Part shown: piece after piece, positions 57,975 through 64,000 of the stretch
Numbering within the stretch: the first letter of the stretch is position 1
How the letters are laid out: each line of letters opens with the position of its first letter
Source: Eledone cirrhosa
Lineage: Eukaryota
Length of the DNA stretch: 64,000 bases
Direction: 5' to 3'
Assembly (NCBI GenBank): GCA_964016885.1
Contig: OZ024758.1
Coordinates: forward strand, 10,478,001 to 10,542,000
The notes under the pieces: model-generated
Seen by the model: the letters and a program-made list of their open reading frames with translations, nothing else
The model's database searches: none
What the model was told of the DNA's origin: nothing
Translations under genes and position numbers: made by a program

Positions 57975-59155
57975 CATGAGAAGAAAGAAGAATACTGCGT
58001 GGTTGCTCATGGGTTACATATGATAAAAATAGTCCTTCGTCAGTGATTTTCCAACGCATTAAAAATCATATACCTCAGGTTGGTGCGAGCAATAACTAAA
58101 AAAAGTTATTGGGACCAGTAAATCGCGTAAAGCGAGGGGGACAAGTGAACAACATAGAAGGATAAAAGCAAACGAAAGAAAGGAAAAATACAAGCAACAT
58201 GGTTGTCCTGGTCAGCATAAGCTGGGTGGATTTCATGAGCGAAAGGTATATATATATAGTAATAATAATAAATTTGAAGACTAAAATCCAAAGAGGGTCC
58301 ATAAGAATAAATATATATCAAATATATAAGAACCGTAGAGCAAATATTTATTAAAATAACAGATTAAATTTTAAACAAAGAATCGCTGCATTGCTTTATA
58401 TGTATATATATGATATGTTATGTATATAACCTTATGTATGCGTGTCTAATAAAATGGTTGCTATTGTGTCAGGTAGACCGGGATACCGGTTTACATAAGT
58501 TTGACTGCTGCTAAAAGCCCTAGTAAAGTTACAAGCTGGTCAAATCTAAAACTACCTCACATATCACATAATACATACTTTCTTATTCTCCATCGTGTTT
58601 TAAATTTTACCAATTCTTATCCCCCCCCCCTCCAACGCAAACAATCGATAGGAAGCGAGTGTTAGATCGGACCAGGGAAAAAAATGTTTCCATTGGTTTT
58701 TCCTGCAAGTAGCAGCAACTCCTGGTAGATGGAGGCCGGATAAGAATTTTCATTTAAAAAATTTTTTTTTTTGTCAGAACAAAACTTTCACATAAAGAAC
58801 AGATTTGATACCAGAAATCATCCCTTCGACTCTTTAACAATTACACCAATCAATTGATCATGGAGAGCATCTTTATATTATCGATCCTGAAAGAATGTAA
58901 AGCAAAAGTGATCTCGGCGGAATTTGAAGACAAAATCCAATCAGCCGGAACAAATAGCCACGTCCTAACGCCTCCTTCTCTATATTTCAATTTCATCTTT
59001 TATTTCTCATTCTATCTCTCAATGAAGGACTAGTGTCCGAAACGTTGTTAAGACTCTTTTCCTACTATATCAAGCGTTAAACTAATATATTTCTTCATTT
59101 TACCGTATCGTTGGCTTCGTTATTTCTGTTGTTGTATACACACACACATAACCAC

Positions 59156-59202
<47 letters not shown>

Positions 59203-59217
59203 ACATATATATATATA

Positions 59218-59407
59218 TAACGAAGGAAATGTGGTAAGGAACCAGGTGGACCATAACGCACCAAAGCACTCAATACTTAGGGTAGTAGAGTGGGTAATAG
59301 GAACGAGTAGGACCCCGACGGCTGAGCTCAAGCCGTTTCGACGGCTAATTGTGTCCAGAATTAGCCGTCGAAACGGCTTGAGCTCAGCCGTCGGGGTCCT
59401 ACTCGTT

Positions 59408-59411
<4 letters not shown>
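59218..59411 (-). mobile_element. Fold-back hammerhead-half element, subfamily A
   Basis: Near-identical to 10046-10240 inverted; palindrome 59298-59411. Confidence 0.82.
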
Positions 59412-59459
<48 letters not shown>

Positions 59460-59825
59460 GGGTGGGTATGGAACTCTGATGATAATTACGTTACTTCTGC
59501 TGTTGTTGTTGTTGCTGCTGTTGTTGTTACTGTTGCTGCTGCTGCTGATGATGATGAGAATGTTGTAGGTGAGAGTAAATGAGTGAAATCCATCTTGGTT
59601 TCATTAGAGAAGTATTGTGCAGACGTGGTACATCATCAGAGCAGTGTCAACACCACACAATATGACTTACTACTGACATACTGAGATCATTACACACACA
59701 CACATACACATACACACACACACACGCACACACACATAAGACACATACACTCACACACACACACACAATTCATACACGCGCGTGCGCATCATATATTTAT
59801 ACATATATGTATTAGAGTGTGCGGA

Positions 59826-62020
<2,195 letters not shown>

Positions 62021-62298
62021 TGGAGAATATGTCGGTAGAATGTCGTATAGAATGCTTTGCGGTATTTCTTTCGGCCTTCTGCTCTCTGAATTCAAATCCT
62101 CACAAGGTCAACTTTATCTTTCCCCTGTCCAGTACTGGGGTCGATTCTTCCTCTAGATCCCTTTCTCACTAGCATTCCCTCATCGTTTCTATCCTTTTCT
62201 GGAAGAAATCTGCTGTGTTCAGACCTGGAGTGGATTGGGAGTTCGGCCAGGTAAAAAAAATGTCCTAGAAACGCCGTATGTATATATATATATATATA

Positions 62299-62686
62299 TA
62301 ATTGTTTCTACTTTAGACACAAGGCCAGCAAATACCCAGTGCATTACTGGTACTTTATTTTATCGACCTCGTAAGGATGAAAGGCAAAGTCAACCTCGGC
62401 GGGATTTGAACTCAGATCGTAAAGGGACGTAACTATGCTGGAAAGCATGGCGTTCGACCCTCTACCGATACTGCCAATCCACCGTCCGTATATATATATA
62501 TAATTGTTTCTACTTTTGGCACAAGGCCAGCAATTACCCAGTGTATTACTGGTACTTTATTTTATCGACCCCGTAAGGATGAAAGGCAAAGTCAACCTCG
62601 GCGGGATTTGAACTCAGAATGGCAAGGGCCGTAACTCTATGCGTCAAAGCATGGCGTCCGACCCTCTACCGATACTGCCAATCCAC
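62299..62686 (-). mobile_element. Two adjacent SINE family 1 copies (62299-62484, 62501-62686) of different subtypes, within (TA)n
   Basis: Each matches the consensus; they differ at diagnostic positions (gatcgtaaagggac vs gaatggcaagggcc). Confidence 0.9.
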
Positions 62687-63864
62687 TGGATATATATATA
62701 TATAATGAACAAACATTGCTTTGTTAGAATTTGGTGACGAAACCTGATAATATTCTGTCTGTAGAAACATTGATTTATATATGACTCAATTTAATGATGA
62801 CAAAGACATACTGTCTCTGATTCTGCGAGAAAGATACAGTCGACTAAATATCTCTGGTACTTGACGGGTCACTGATTTTATTGATCTCGGTAAACCAAAG
62901 GTTATGAAACGAAAATAAAACAGAACTTAAAACAGAATTTGGGGCCCCAAGCGAATCCCATGACAGTGATTCATATAAGTGTTATTGTAAGAAATGTATG
63001 AAGGAAGATGTTGAAGGATTAGTGTTTCTACTGCAGCTATTATCCTAGAGTTATGGTATGGCGTCTCTGCCAATTTAGTTGCTGTCAACTCTCTTGTTAA
63101 AGAAAAGGAATTCTCAACATTATTGAGCTTACACTAGAGTTATATTCTATCTAAATCAACACCTTACCCAATTGTACTGTTTCTTCTCTCAGCCAGATGA
63201 CATTTCATGAAAGATCCACTCGCTAGAAATAGCAGCTATATATCTTTCCCGCCACACCAGACTATCTTGAAAATGAATGAAACAAATTTTGTGTTGTAAT
63301 CCTAGATACATTGTGTCTGAATGACACTCGAAAAAAGGTGTGATAGTTACGGCTAGATATCCTTTCAATTATAAGTCTTATTTATGCCTTGTGTTGGCCT
63401 TGGGCTAAAACCACGACAACAGACTAACTAAAATTTTGACACGGGAATCGAACTCGCAACCTCACGATTGCTAATCCAATTCGCTAACCACTATGACATA
63501 CGCTTTCATGACAATGAAAAATAAAACAAACAAGCAAACAACCGAACAAACAACCACAACAACAAACAACCACAATGTAAGTATGACGTTAGAACTACAT
63601 ATCATGTGGTCTTTCGTTTTAAAGTACTAGCTTATGATTTCAGGGAAATTTAACTGCCTTTTCAAGCAGATCAAGTAAACCTTTAGAGGCTTCGTCTTTA
63701 GTTACTATGGAGATTTCTTTCATAATTAGGAACAGCTCCTTCTTTAAAGGTTTAAGTCAAAGAATTAGGAAACTTCCTATCCCCCCCCCCCCCCCCCCCC
63801 CTCAACATATTCCTTATATCTCCTCCATTCATCATCCCGGGTGTATCTCAATACCCTGTAATAA

Positions 63865-63976
63865 GCAGACGGATATATTTTTACCCAGTTATTTCTCCTT
63901 CTTTAGAGTTGTAACCCTCTGGAATTTCCTCACCGATTACATTATCATACGTCGACCTAAGAGAAGTTCAAACTGA
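63865..63976 (+). pseudogene. Possible CR1/Jockey-group LINE C-terminal remnant
   Basis: SFFRVVTLWNFLTDYII resembles FFxxRVVxxWNxLP. Confidence 0.4.
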
Positions 63977-64000
63977 ACATCACACTACATCAATCTTAAC

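Overview
Animal (eukaryotic) intergenic or intronic DNA, extremely rich in (TA)n/(CA)n/(CT)n microsatellites. The SINE repertoire resembles octopod cephalopod genomes (inference, not verified). No host protein-coding gene is recognisable, and nearly all long ORFs in the track are microsatellite or minisatellite artefacts. Transposon content: two tRNA-derived SINE families (about 20 copies); remnants of RTE, CR1-group, CRE and R4/Dong non-LTR retrotransposons; a Penelope-like GIY-YIG remnant; a hAT MITE; an internally deleted pogo/Tigger element; and a 31-bp minisatellite. The main hidden signal is about 12 complete or near-complete type I hammerhead ribozyme motifs (CUGANGA...GAAA...NUH with pairable stems) plus about 8 half-motifs. 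They belong to many distinct short element families that end at (TA)n tracts and are often folded back into inverted repeats. Several families share a downstream ACTC...GAGTRC hairpin. This fits termini of Penelope-like retroelements or non-autonomous derivatives. All structures were read by eye and coordinates may be off by a few bases.
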